DNA of 64,000 nucleotides, from assembly GCA_965202785.1 (NCBI GenBank), contig OZ241855.1, positions 123,660 through 187,659 of the forward strand. The letters are read 5' to 3'. Shown in pieces: positions 31,782-44,823 of the stretch. Every line of letters begins with the position of its first letter. Within the stretch, counting starts at the first letter, position 1. A program made the position numbers and the translations under genes. This DNA comes from Thermodesulfobacteriota bacterium. Its GTDB lineage: Bacteria > Desulfobacterota_D > UBA1144 > Nemesobacterales > Nemesobacteraceae. The notes under the pieces are model-generated. The model saw only the letters and a list, made by a program, of their open reading frames with translations. It had not been told where the DNA came from and made no database searches.

Positions 31782-33173
31782 ATGAGATTACGTAATCTTT
31801 TCTTTGTCCTGCTGTTGTGCATGACAGTGGGAATACTCGGTGTTTCGTGTGAAGGAGATACCGGCCCGGCTGGTCCGCAAGGACCTCCAGGTGAACAAGG
31901 ACCTCCGGGAGATTCCGGGGACTCTGATATGGACATGGATGATGGTGAAGTCAGTGAAGATGCCTGTGAAGACCTCGTTGAAGGACCACGCAGGTTTGAC
32001 GGCGGAACCGGCGATGATGTGATTTGTGGTGACGACAGTCGCAACAGGATATATGCCGGGGGAGGAAATGACGTTGTTCTCGCTATGGGTGGAAACGATA
32101 TTGTTCATGGCGAAGCAGGAGATGACACCCTGGACGGTGGATCTGGTGAAGACGAGTTAAGAGGTGGAGACAACGACGATGTTATCAGAGGTGGAGAGGG
32201 TAATGATGATATCGCGGGCGGTTCGGGGGACGACGTCATGGAAGGCGGACCGGGCAATGATGTTTTCTGGTCCCATGTCAATTACGCTGCCCCAACAGAA
32301 GCAGACGCAAACGCAACTAGCAACGTAGATGGCTCTGATGATTTTATCGGTGGCGATGGCGTTGATACGGTCAACTTCTCAATGGCAGGAAACAGCGAGG
32401 CTGTAACCATAGACCTTGCAGAAGGCTATACGGACTTCGGCATGGCTCACAACGACGATTCCGATACCTATGTCAGCATCGAAAACCTTGTTGGAACCGG
32501 TGAGGCCGATACGCTGATGGGCGATGACAATGATAATAACCTGAGCGGTGGTGCCGGCGACGACACAATCGAGGGGCGTGGCGGCAATGACGTGATTACC
32601 GGCGGTGCTGGTGCTAACACGGTCGATGGAGGAGATGGTGTTGATACTTTTGTCGTTGTTACTACAGGGGATGCCACAATTAATGCGCCTAGTGCAGGTA
32701 CTGCTGTAAACTTCGAGAATCTTCTCGCCGCCTCCGGAACCGGTACAGATGGAGCTGATCTCGCGGGTATTAATCTGACAGGAGATAATATGCCTAATAC
32801 CCTTACCGGTAACGGTGTAGCCAATACTCTTATGGGTGGAGGCGGAAACGATACCCTCATAGGGGGTGGTGGTACAGACAACCTGACAGGTGGCGAAGGC
32901 AACGATATTTTTGTTATTGCCATGGGACAAGGTGCTGACAATATCACGGACTTTACTTTCCCGGCAGCAGGAGTGTCAGGATCTGTTGATATGATCCATT
33001 TAAAGGGTTTCCCTGCGGGCTCTGATATCGAAGCCGTTACAGGTCAGAATGCGCAAATTGCAGTAGATGGCGACGTTGTGGTGACTTTTACAAATGCTGA
33101 CGCTACTGTAAATGCAAATACGGTTACTTCAATCTTGAGGGCACCTTCTACATTTGTGAGGTTTATCGACTAA
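31782..33173 (+). CDS. secreted lipoprotein with a short collagen-like G-X-Y tract and many RTX-type (GGxGxD) calcium-binding repeats
   Basis: Lipobox LGVSC, GDTGPAGPQGPPGEQGPPGDSGD, and more than 15 nonapeptide-like GG.G.D repeats (GGGNDVV, GGSGEDEL, GGEGNDDI and others). Confidence 0.8.
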   Translation: MRLRNLFFVLLLCMTVGILGVSCEGDTGPAGPQGPPGEQGPPGDSGDSDMDMDDGEVSEDACEDLVEGPRRFDGGTGDDVICGDDSRNRIYAGGGNDVVLAMGGNDIVHGEAGDDTLDGGSGEDELRGGDNDDVIRGGEGNDDIAGGSGDDVMEGGPGNDVFWSHVNYAAPTEADANATSNVDGSDDFIGGDGVDTVNFSMAGNSEAVTIDLAEGYTDFGMAHNDDSDTYVSIENLVGTGEADTLMGDDNDNNLSGGAGDDTIEGRGGNDVITGGAGANTVDGGDGVDTFVVVTTGDATINAPSAGTAVNFENLLAASGTGTDGADLAGINLTGDNMPNTLTGNGVANTLMGGGGNDTLIGGGGTDNLTGGEGNDIFVIAMGQGADNITDFTFPAAGVSGSVDMIHLKGFPAGSDIEAVTGQNAQIAVDGDVVVTFTNADATVNANTVTSILRAPSTFVRFID

Positions 33174-33223
33174 GGAACTAAACTTTTCTTTTGCAGTCTA
33201 GTGAACACTGTGAAAGATCCTCC

Positions 33224-33265
33224 GGGGCCGGGTACTCGTCATCAAGTATCCGGCCCCTTTTTTTT
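33224..33265 (+). terminator. rho-independent terminator after the RTX gene
   Basis: The GGGGCCGG...CCGGCCCC stem is followed by TTTTTTTT. Confidence 0.7.
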
Positions 33266-33276
33266 GGAGATATCAG

Positions 33277-33540
33277 ATGTCTGCTCCTTCCAACCAAGAG
33301 ATTTTAAGAGAAGTCCACAAGCTGCGAGAATCATCTAACAGGTTTCGTGTTGAGTTGAAAGACAAACTCGCAAACATCAAAGAAATGCTTGAGACCACGA
33401 GGGAAGATGTCAAGTCCACAAAAAAAAACACAGGTTATGCTCACAAAGATTTGGGGGAAATCTCGGAGGAGATAAGCCAAATCCTTTCTTTCGTTGAGCA
33501 TTTTCCTGACTACAAGATTGAATTGAAACTTAGAAAATGA
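33277..33540 (+). CDS. hypothetical 87-aa coiled-coil protein
   Basis: Charged heptad-like sequence. It starts 12 nt after the terminator T-tract. I recognise no family. Confidence 0.35.
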   Translation: MSAPSNQEILREVHKLRESSNRFRVELKDKLANIKEMLETTREDVKSTKKNTGYAHKDLGEISEEISQILSFVEHFPDYKIELKLRK

Positions 33541-33991
33541 TTAAACTGGACGCTGAGTGAGCTCTTCTTGTTAACGGACGAGAAGTACTAACACCCGAGT
33601 GATGCTGCAACATCACTCACCCCACTTCTTGCCCAGCGTCCTTGATTTAGGAGCCGGTTGAATAGCCGGTGTCCTTGGCACCTCCCGTATCCTGTTCGTA
33701 AAAGCCCTAGCGAGCTTTCCGGTTCCTTATATACCGTAAGGATGCAGAACAAATGATAAATCAACCACTTTTACAATGGAGCGATAGCGGCAAAGATCCC
33801 CCAGATTTTCTTTCCGAGCTTGTCAATTCTTTTTTTCCTGACCGGAGAATTTTAGTCCGAACCTTTAGTTCTTTCGTCCAAGCTTTCCTTTAAAGCCGCA
33901 GTTCTCCATCTTCAATCTTGGTTTCAATTTTCGCGAACCTGTCCTCCGACATTTAAGGGAATTCTTAAAATTTCATTTTTGGGGCAACAAA

Positions 33992-34222
33992 ATGCATAGT
34001 TCCCTTTTATTCCTTATTCAAGATGGTGAACAGAATCTTGGCAAATCTAGCAGTACTATCTACAACCTTCCTTTTTTCCCTGCTTGCTTCGAGGGAATAA
34101 GCACCTACTACGTTGAGCGGAACCAGAAAGGATTGGAACTATTTGAAATGGAAAAACAAGTAGCGGAAACCAGAAGATGGGGTCAGCGGAAAGTCAGTTC
34201 TAAGTTCTATAATTTCAGTTAA
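33992..34222 (+). CDS. hypothetical 76-aa ORF (weak)
   Basis: An ORF only. It ends exactly at the right-hand 13-nt direct repeat. Confidence 0.15.
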   Translation: MHSSLLFLIQDGEQNLGKSSSTIYNLPFFPACFEGISTYYVERNQKGLELFEMEKQVAETRRWGQRKVSSKFYNFS

Positions 34223-34391
34223 AAAACATTAAGAACTTGTCTATAAACTACCATAACAAATTCTAACATGTCAAGAACTTTATGAAGAAAACATATTTAA
34301 AAGAAGCAACCCTCAAGTTGCAGAATCCCTGGCAACTGAATATAACGCTTGAGAAATCGTGTGTTTATATCGAGAATTTTCAAACCTCGCA

Positions 34392-37335
<2,944 letters not shown>

Positions 37336-37445
37336 TGCGAGGCGTGAAAATCCTCGATAATACTAACAACACGATCAATTCTGTTTCTCAGCGTTATATT
37401 CAATTGTCAAAGATCAAAAAAGCATTCGAAATTCTTTTTTTTATA

Positions 37446-37518
37446 TGGAGGTGAACGGGCTCGAACCGTCGACCTCCTGCTTGCAAAGCAGGCGCTCTCC
37501 CAACTGAGCTACACCCCC
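37446..37518 (-). tRNA. tRNA-Ala (anticodon UGC)
   Basis: A cloverleaf with the G3:U70 identity pair and anticodon loop CUUGCAA. CCA is not encoded. Confidence 0.95.
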
Positions 37519-37521
37519 TAT

Positions 37522-37598
<77 letters not shown>

Positions 37599-37679
37599 CC
37601 TGTTGCTTTTTAAGCGCAGGAATTACTTTTTCGTAAAAAAGCAGACGACGAGCGAAAAAAAGACAGATATCTCCGTGAA

Positions 37680-39217
<1,538 letters not shown>

Positions 39218-39306
39218 GAATTTAAAAGAATTTACGGATACTGCTCTAGTTCGCCCGCTATCGTCTGCTATTAAATTTTCAAAGATCAAGTTATCAAAAT
39301 GGGTGG

Positions 39307-39337
39307 AATATAGTACTCACCCACCGGAAATTGTCAA
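39307..39337 (-). promoter_or_regulatory. candidate rrn promoter (TTGACA, 19-nt spacer, TATATT on the minus strand, with an A/T-rich UP-like region upstream)
   Basis: Hexamers read from the reverse complement, about 90 nt upstream of the 16S 5' end. The spacer is longer than the optimum. Confidence 0.35.
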
Positions 39338-39490
39338 TTTAAAAAGAACAAGAAAAACAGAACAACTTCAAACAAAAAAATGAAAGTGAGCCATCATACT
39401 AACGGACGGTTTCGGTTTGGCAAGGGCTTATTTGAAATTTATTTTTAAAAACCAGAAAGAGATGTTCCGGTTCTTTTTTGCAAATGATTA

Positions 39491-39760
39491 CTATTTGAAA
39501 AGACTGGAATGGGAACCTGTACGGGCCAAATACAACTCATTCCCCTCAATGCGGTAAATAAGAAGCCAATCCGGTTCAATATGAACCTCTCTATAATCTT
39601 TCCAATTCCCTTTCAATGAGTGGTCCTTATGTTTTTCAGGCAACGGCTCCTGCCGCTGGAGAGATTCTATCAATGCCTGCAGCTTAGCCAAGTCTTTCCC
39701 CTGCTTCTTTGTTCTCCGCACATCGCTTCTGAACTTCCTAGAGGGAACAAGTGCGAGCAT
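39491..39760 (-). CDS. yafQ: type II toxin YafQ/RelE-family mRNA interferase
   Basis: 89 aa. KKQGKDLAKL...HSLKGNWKDYREVHIEPDWLLIYRI...LYLARTGSHSSLF is the YafQ pattern. Confidence 0.85.
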   Translation of the reverse strand: MLALVPSRKFRSDVRRTKKQGKDLAKLQALIESLQRQEPLPEKHKDHSLKGNWKDYREVHIEPDWLLIYRIEGNELYLARTGSHSSLFK

Positions 39761-39762
39761 GA

Positions 39763-40020
39763 CTAAATGCCGAAATCTTCAAACATTTCCTCAACACTGC
39801 TATAGCGCGTCCCTCCGCCAGCCTCTAATTCCTTCATGGCTTTGGCCGTGGCAGCATTAGGCACTTTGACAATAAATGGCAACTGCTTTTCCTCTGCAAC
39901 CCGCAATAACAACAGACGAATCGCATCGGAAATTGTCAAACCCATAGCTTCAAGCACTTCCATAGCTTCTGTTTTGACATCGCTGTTAATTCTAGCACGT
40001 ACAACAGTATTGTTGCTCAT
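39763..40020 (-). CDS. dinJ: type II antitoxin DinJ/RelB family
   Basis: VVRARINSDVKTEAMEVLEAMGLTISDAIRLLLLRVAEEKQLPF is the DinJ ribbon-helix-helix N-terminus. The gene lies 2 nt upstream of yafQ. Confidence 0.85.
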   Translation of the reverse strand: MSNNTVVRARINSDVKTEAMEVLEAMGLTISDAIRLLLLRVAEEKQLPFIVKVPNAATAKAMKELEAGGGTRYSSVEEMFEDFGI

Positions 40021-40247
40021 ATCGAACCTCCCAAATCTGTAGCATTATTGTAGCTACAACCGCCGCCATGTCAAATTCTCATCCGCAGTCTTTAAAAACT
40101 TCCTCGACATCGCCATATATAACACACAATCCCGATTCAGAGTTCCCGAGGCCAACTCATCTCTTGAATTTAGGGAATGAATACGTACAATTTTCCCTTC
40201 GAAAATACCGCGGGACAAGGAAACCCCGCCGCGACCTCCCCGAAAAC

Positions 40248-41693
40248 ATGCGAAAAGAACTTCCCAAGATAAAAATCTATAATTCTCTCTCGCAGAAAAA
40301 AGAAGATCTCGTTCCCTTTGAGGGAGACAAGATCCGTATGTACGTGTGCGGCCCCACGGTATATGATTCAGCCCACCTGGGACACGCCCGCTCCGCCGTG
40401 TCTTTTGACATAATACAGAGATTCCTTAGATACGCCGGCTACGACGTGCTGTTCGCAAGGAACTACACCGACATAGACGATAAGATAATAACTCGTGCAA
40501 ACCAGGAAGGGGTAAGCTGCGATGAGATATCCGAGAAATACATAAAGGAATACAGAGAGGACATGGCCTCAATAGGGGTTGAGACTCCTGACGTCGAGCC
40601 CCGGGTAACCGAGCATCTGGAGCAGATAATAGCTCTTATAGAGAAGATAATAGAAAAAGGCTTCGCTTACCGCTCGGGCAACAACGTATTTTTCTCCGTG
40701 AGAAAATTCCCGGACTACGGAAAGCTCTCCTGCAGGTCGCTTGATCACATGCTTGAAGGCGTGAGGATAGACATTAACGAAGAAAAGGAAGACCCTCTTG
40801 ATTTCGCGCTCTGGAAGGAGTCAAAACCCGGCGAGCCCGCATGGAAGAGCCCGTGGGGGGACGGAAGGCCCGGATGGCACATAGAGTGCTCCGTTATGAG
40901 CATGGAGTACCTGGGAACGAACTTCGAGATACATGGAGGGGGAAAGGACCTCATTTTCCCGCATCACGAAAACGAAATAGCCCAGTCAGAGGCCGCCTCT
41001 GGAGAGCCGTTCGCAAAGTACTGGCTTCATAACGGCCTCATAAGAATAAACAAGGAAAAGATGTCAAAGTCCCTGGGAAACTTCTTCACGCTGTCTGAGG
41101 CAACGAAGAGATGGTCCCCCGAGGCCATAAGGCTTTTCTTTCTCTCGCACCACTACCAGAACCCCGCAGACTTTTCAGAAAAAAGCATGCACGACAGCGA
41201 GGCGGCGCTTGAGAGGATATACCTCACCCTGCTGAGAGCCGCCGAGGCGCGGGAGGCAAAGGGTTCCGATCCCGCACTCGAGGGTTCGATCAAAAAATTC
41301 GAGGAGGATTTTCACTCCTCGATGAGCGATAACTTTAACACCGCTGACGTGGTGGGAAATCTCTTTGACCTGATACGCTCGATTAACAGGTCGCTTGACT
41401 CCGTGGGAAAGACTCAAAGCGCAACCCTTGCGCTTGAGAAGATAAAGGAGATATGCGGAGTGCTCGGAGTGCTCTCAGAGGAACCGGCCGAGTACATGGA
41501 GAGAAGAAAGTCCGCCGCGAATCTCTCGGACATAGACCCCCTTGAGATAGAGAAACTGATAGAAGAGAGGAACTCGGCCAGAAAGGAAAAGAACTGGAAA
41601 AAGGCCGATGAAATAAGGGACTACCTAAGCTCCAAGGGAATCGTGCTTGAAGACCGCCCGGGCGGAACCGACTGGAAAGCGCAGAGGTCCTGA
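40248..41693 (+). CDS. cysS: cysteine--tRNA ligase
   Basis: VCGPTVYDSAHLGHAR (HIGH), KMSKSLGN (KMSKS) and Zn ligands. The ATG at 40248 is preferred over the annotated 40068 extension. Confidence 0.9.
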   Translation: MRKELPKIKIYNSLSQKKEDLVPFEGDKIRMYVCGPTVYDSAHLGHARSAVSFDIIQRFLRYAGYDVLFARNYTDIDDKIITRANQEGVSCDEISEKYIKEYREDMASIGVETPDVEPRVTEHLEQIIALIEKIIEKGFAYRSGNNVFFSVRKFPDYGKLSCRSLDHMLEGVRIDINEEKEDPLDFALWKESKPGEPAWKSPWGDGRPGWHIECSVMSMEYLGTNFEIHGGGKDLIFPHHENEIAQSEAASGEPFAKYWLHNGLIRINKEKMSKSLGNFFTLSEATKRWSPEAIRLFFLSHHYQNPADFSEKSMHDSEAALERIYLTLLRAAEAREAKGSDPALEGSIKKFEEDFHSSMSDNFNTADVVGNLFDLIRSINRSLDSVGKTQSATLALEKIKEICGVLGVLSEEPAEYMERRKSAANLSDIDPLEIEKLIEERNSARKEKNWKKADEIRDYLSSKGIVLEDRPGGTDWKAQRS

Positions 41694-41791
41694 CGCTGCT
41701 CCATGAAGAAATATCGTCTTTTCTTGCTTCGTGAAAGCTCCTAGCACACAGTCGGACGAAGCGGGAAAAACACGTACAGGAGGCAACAACT

Positions 41792-42571
41792 ATCTGGGGA
41801 GCAATTATTGGAGACATCGCAGGTTCCATCTATGAATGGAACCCTATCAAGACGAAGGAGTTTCAGTTCCTCGCAGACCACTGCTTCTACACCGACGACT
41901 CGGTGTGTACAGCAGCGGTCGCTGAGATCCTGCTTGACAACCTGCCCGCCGCGCCCACTCTGCAGCAATGGTGCCGGGATCATCCGGACCGCGGCTACGG
42001 CGGCATGTTCAGAAACTGGATCATGCTCCCTGATCCCGAGCCATATCACAGCTATGGAAACGGAGCGGCAATGCGAGTGTCGCCATCTGCCCTCCTTAAC
42101 CGAAGCCGTCCGCTTGAAGAGGCTCTTAAGGCCGCCGACCGGGTAACCGAAATCACCCACAACCACCCCGAGGGAATAAAGGGAGCTAGGGCCGCCACGC
42201 ACGCCATCTGGCTCGCCTTTCAGGAATATGGACCGGAGCACATACGCCGGACCATCGAACGCGAATACGGATACGATCTCTTCAGGACAGTCGACCAGGT
42301 CCGACCTGGATACTCCTTCAATGAGACCTGCCAAGGAACCGTTCCCGAAGCTATCACGTGCGCGCTTGAATCGACGAGTTTCGAAGACGCCATTCGAAAC
42401 GCAATCTCACTTGGAGGGGACTCCGACACGCTTGCGGCGATTGCGGGACCGATTGCCGAAGCTATGCACGGGATTCCCCATGACTTGGTGGCAATAGCGA
42501 TGGACCGGCATCTCACCAACGACCCGGACATTGTCAACGTGATGACAAGAATGTACGAGGCGGGGGTCTGA
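41792..42571 (+). CDS. ADP-ribosylglycohydrolase-family protein. The start is unresolved: the conserved N-terminus precedes any ATG/GTG/TTG, and the candidate start is ATC at 41792.
   Basis: WGAIIGDIAGSIYEW...FYTDDSV...GNGAAMRVSP...GGDSDTLAAIAGPIAEA are ARH (DraG-like) motifs. AGGAGG at 41778-41783 lies 8 nt before the ATC. Confidence 0.7.
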   Translation: MWGAIIGDIAGSIYEWNPIKTKEFQFLADHCFYTDDSVCTAAVAEILLDNLPAAPTLQQWCRDHPDRGYGGMFRNWIMLPDPEPYHSYGNGAAMRVSPSALLNRSRPLEEALKAADRVTEITHNHPEGIKGARAATHAIWLAFQEYGPEHIRRTIEREYGYDLFRTVDQVRPGYSFNETCQGTVPEAITCALESTSFEDAIRNAISLGGDSDTLAAIAGPIAEAMHGIPHDLVAIAMDRHLTNDPDIVNVMTRMYEAGV

Positions 42572-42714
42572 GCTGGAAAACAGCTGGAATTTTCTCTTGG
42601 AAAACCATTTCCGGGCTTGCGGCAAAATGTCTCAAACGGCATGTTCTTTACTTTTTGCCATAAGGTAAAGAATATGCTATCCTTACCATTACCGACTTTG
42701 TAAAGAGGTGCAAA

Positions 42715-42933
42715 ATGCCAAAAGTCAGCGGTAAAAGACAAATCACGCTCCCGGCCAGCCAGTGCAATCAACTTGGCATTAAGCCTGGTGACGATATTGA
42801 AACCTTTGTTGCTGATGGCCGCTTAACCATAGTTAAAAAGGTAAAAGGGTCCGCCCGGAACCTGCTGCAACACGTTAAGGGTGATCCTTCAATAACAGAT
42901 CAGGAATCTCTGGAAGACTCCCTGGGTTCATGA
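42715..42933 (+). CDS. vapB: AbrB/MazE/SpoVT-family antitoxin (VapB-type)
   Basis: GKRQITLPASQCNQLGIKPGDDIE has the swapped-hairpin SpoVT/AbrB pattern. There is a 4-bp overlap with the PIN gene. Confidence 0.75.
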   Translation: MPKVSGKRQITLPASQCNQLGIKPGDDIETFVADGRLTIVKKVKGSARNLLQHVKGDPSITDQESLEDSLGS

Positions 42934-43337
42934 TCGCGGTCGATACCAATGTGCTGTTGCGTTATCTGCTGAATGATGATGCGGCGCAGGCCGATACAGC
43001 GGCCAGTCTGATCAAAGGCGCAGATACGGTTTTGATAACTGATGTGGTGCTGGTAGAAACCCTCTGGACCTTAAGCGGGAAGAAGTACCGGCTTAACAGA
43101 AATCAGCTGGCCGCGGTGGTTCACGCATTATTTGAGGAACCGAACATACGCTTTGAAGACGGGCCGGCCGTGTGGATGGCTTTAAATGACTATCGAGAAT
43201 CTGACGGAACTGATTTTGCGGATTCTCTGATCATAAATAAGGCCCGCGCGGTAGCCAAAGCGCAGGGCGGTTCATTTTCCGGTTCCTATACTTTTGATAA
43301 AGCCGCCCAGAAGCTGCAAGGGGCAAAAAAACCATAG
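42930..43337 (+). CDS. vapC: PIN-domain toxin VapC
   Basis: MIAVDTNVLLRYL (first acidic residue), VLVETLW, and a later FADSLI acidic motif. Confidence 0.85.
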   Translation: MIAVDTNVLLRYLLNDDAAQADTAASLIKGADTVLITDVVLVETLWTLSGKKYRLNRNQLAAVVHALFEEPNIRFEDGPAVWMALNDYRESDGTDFADSLIINKARAVAKAQGGSFSGSYTFDKAAQKLQGAKKP

Positions 43338-43441
43338 AACGGTTGTTGATCACGCATCCTTCCCTGCAACTCAACCAAGTCCGACAAAGACGGGTTCAGA
43401 TTAAACACACAGAGTATTGAAAAAGACCCCAAACGTCCGGG

Positions 43442-44413
43442 CTAAATATAGATTCCCATGTATTCCATGGCCCTTTTGACGTTCGCCGGGCTCTGGGTCT
43501 CCCCCCTGCAGCTGTACCAGCAGGAAGTGCACTTGGTTTTTTCGTAAAGGTCCGGTTTGTATTCGCTGTAGTGGGCGGCGACGGGCATCTCGGAGCAGCG
43601 TTTCAGGTGCCCGCTCGGGGTAACGTGTATCTGGTTGAGGCCGGCCAGGCAGTCGGGAACGCTTCCCCTCTCGAAATAGCCCGGGATTTCCCTCAGGTAG
43701 TACTCGGTTGAGAGTATCGTTCCCTTCCACTCCTTTCGAAGCGCGATCAGTTCCTCTACAAGGTCGCTTACCTTCGAGAGGGCTTCTTTTTTCACGAAGT
43801 GGTCTTCGTTGTTGGTTTTCATGACCGAGTAGGAACTGAAGGATATGGCTATTCCCCACTCCCTGGCCTTCTTCGCTATCTCGACCACCTCGTCGAGGTT
43901 GTCTTCCATTATTATGGTGTTGAGCACGAGGCTTTTGTCAGGAAACCGCTCCGCCAGTTCGGGCAGGGTTTCCGACAGTTTTTTCCAGAGACCCGGAATG
44001 CCCCTGTATGTGTCGTGCTTTTCGCCCGGAAAATCAAGGGAAACGGCGATCTGGTCCATCCCCGCGTCGAAAAGCTCTTCGGTTTTCTCTTCGTTAAGAA
44101 AATCTCCCTTGGTAACCATGGAAGTGAAAATGAATATCGAGCATCCCTTTATCTGTCTCACGATATCGGGAAGGTCCTTTCTGATCATGGGTTCCCCGCC
44201 CGTGATAACAGTAACGAGGGGGTTTATCTTCTTTATTACCGGAGTGTAGTCGGAAAGACGCTCCTCGTGCTTTGTCTGCCAGTAGTCGCAGAAATCGCAG
44301 CGGGCGTTGCAAAGCTTTGTTATCTCAAGATTGAGGAGTTTCGGCCTTCCTGTGGCCTTGATGTAGAAATATTTTAATGTGCCGCTTAGGGCCTGTCTTG
44401 GATGTATCATCAA
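43442..44413 (-). CDS. radical SAM protein of unassigned subfamily, with a C-terminal Cys cluster
   Basis: CNARCDFCDYW (CxxxCxxC), the glycine-rich SAM motif VITGGEP, and C-terminal CTSCWYSC. Confidence 0.8.
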   Translation of the reverse strand: MMIHPRQALSGTLKYFYIKATGRPKLLNLEITKLCNARCDFCDYWQTKHEERLSDYTPVIKKINPLVTVITGGEPMIRKDLPDIVRQIKGCSIFIFTSMVTKGDFLNEEKTEELFDAGMDQIAVSLDFPGEKHDTYRGIPGLWKKLSETLPELAERFPDKSLVLNTIIMEDNLDEVVEIAKKAREWGIAISFSSYSVMKTNNEDHFVKKEALSKVSDLVEELIALRKEWKGTILSTEYYLREIPGYFERGSVPDCLAGLNQIHVTPSGHLKRCSEMPVAAHYSEYKPDLYEKTKCTSCWYSCRGETQSPANVKRAMEYMGIYI

Positions 44414-44511
44414 CTCTATCCTTCCCGTCTATTATAAATTATCCGCGTGATTTACCAAACGCCTACGTAAAACTGTATAATTAATGAAGAAACCAAGGGG
44501 AGGTAAAGCAC

Positions 44512-44793
44512 TTGTCGGTAAAAACAATAGAAGTTGAAATCTACCAGTGTGATCACGTAAGTCCCGGAGGGGAGCGATGCGAACTTTCGGGAGAAAGAAA
44601 CCAGATCAAGCAGTGCGTCAGGTGCGGAATGGATATCTGCAGTCGCCACTACCAGCTGATCACGGTTAACCGAAGCGGCGGCACCCTTCTTTCCTACTAC
44701 TTCTGCTTCGATCACGCAGAGGAATTCATCAACTCGCATATAGAGGACCTCGGAGACACAAGACCCACCGGAGCGGGCGGTATGGGGAAATAG
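44512..44793 (+). CDS. hypothetical 93-aa Cys/His-rich small protein (TTG start)
   Basis: GGGGAGG SD lies 8 nt upstream of the TTG. Contains C..H...C and CVRCGMDICSRH...CFDH putative zinc-binding pairs. Confidence 0.45.
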   Translation: MSVKTIEVEIYQCDHVSPGGERCELSGERNQIKQCVRCGMDICSRHYQLITVNRSGGTLLSYYFCFDHAEEFINSHIEDLGDTRPTGAGGMGK

Positions 44794-44823
44794 GCAAACC
44801 CTGGGAACCAGCCCCAGAGAACC

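Larger units (their letters stand above)
30288..34233. mobile_element. putative integrated island (Cre-like recombinase, collagen/RTX lipoprotein, small ORFs) between the 23S-3'-like remnant and the real 23S 3' end
   Basis: It is AT-richer than its surroundings and has a recombinase gene at one edge. The 13-nt direct repeat AAAAAACATTAAG occurs at 30288-30300 and 34221-34233. Confidence 0.4.

Noticed and set aside
33541-33990. Possible structured ncRNA or gene remnant (several short hairpins such as GAGTGATG-N6-CATCACTC and CCGG-N8-CCGG)
   Set aside because: I could not match it to any RNA family or protein frame by eye. The hairpins are short and could arise by chance. It is left unannotated.
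40068-40247. 60-codon N-terminal extension of cysS
   Set aside because: It has no similarity to CysS N-termini, and it overlaps the divergent dinJ promoter region. The internal ATG at 40248 gives a normal-length enzyme.
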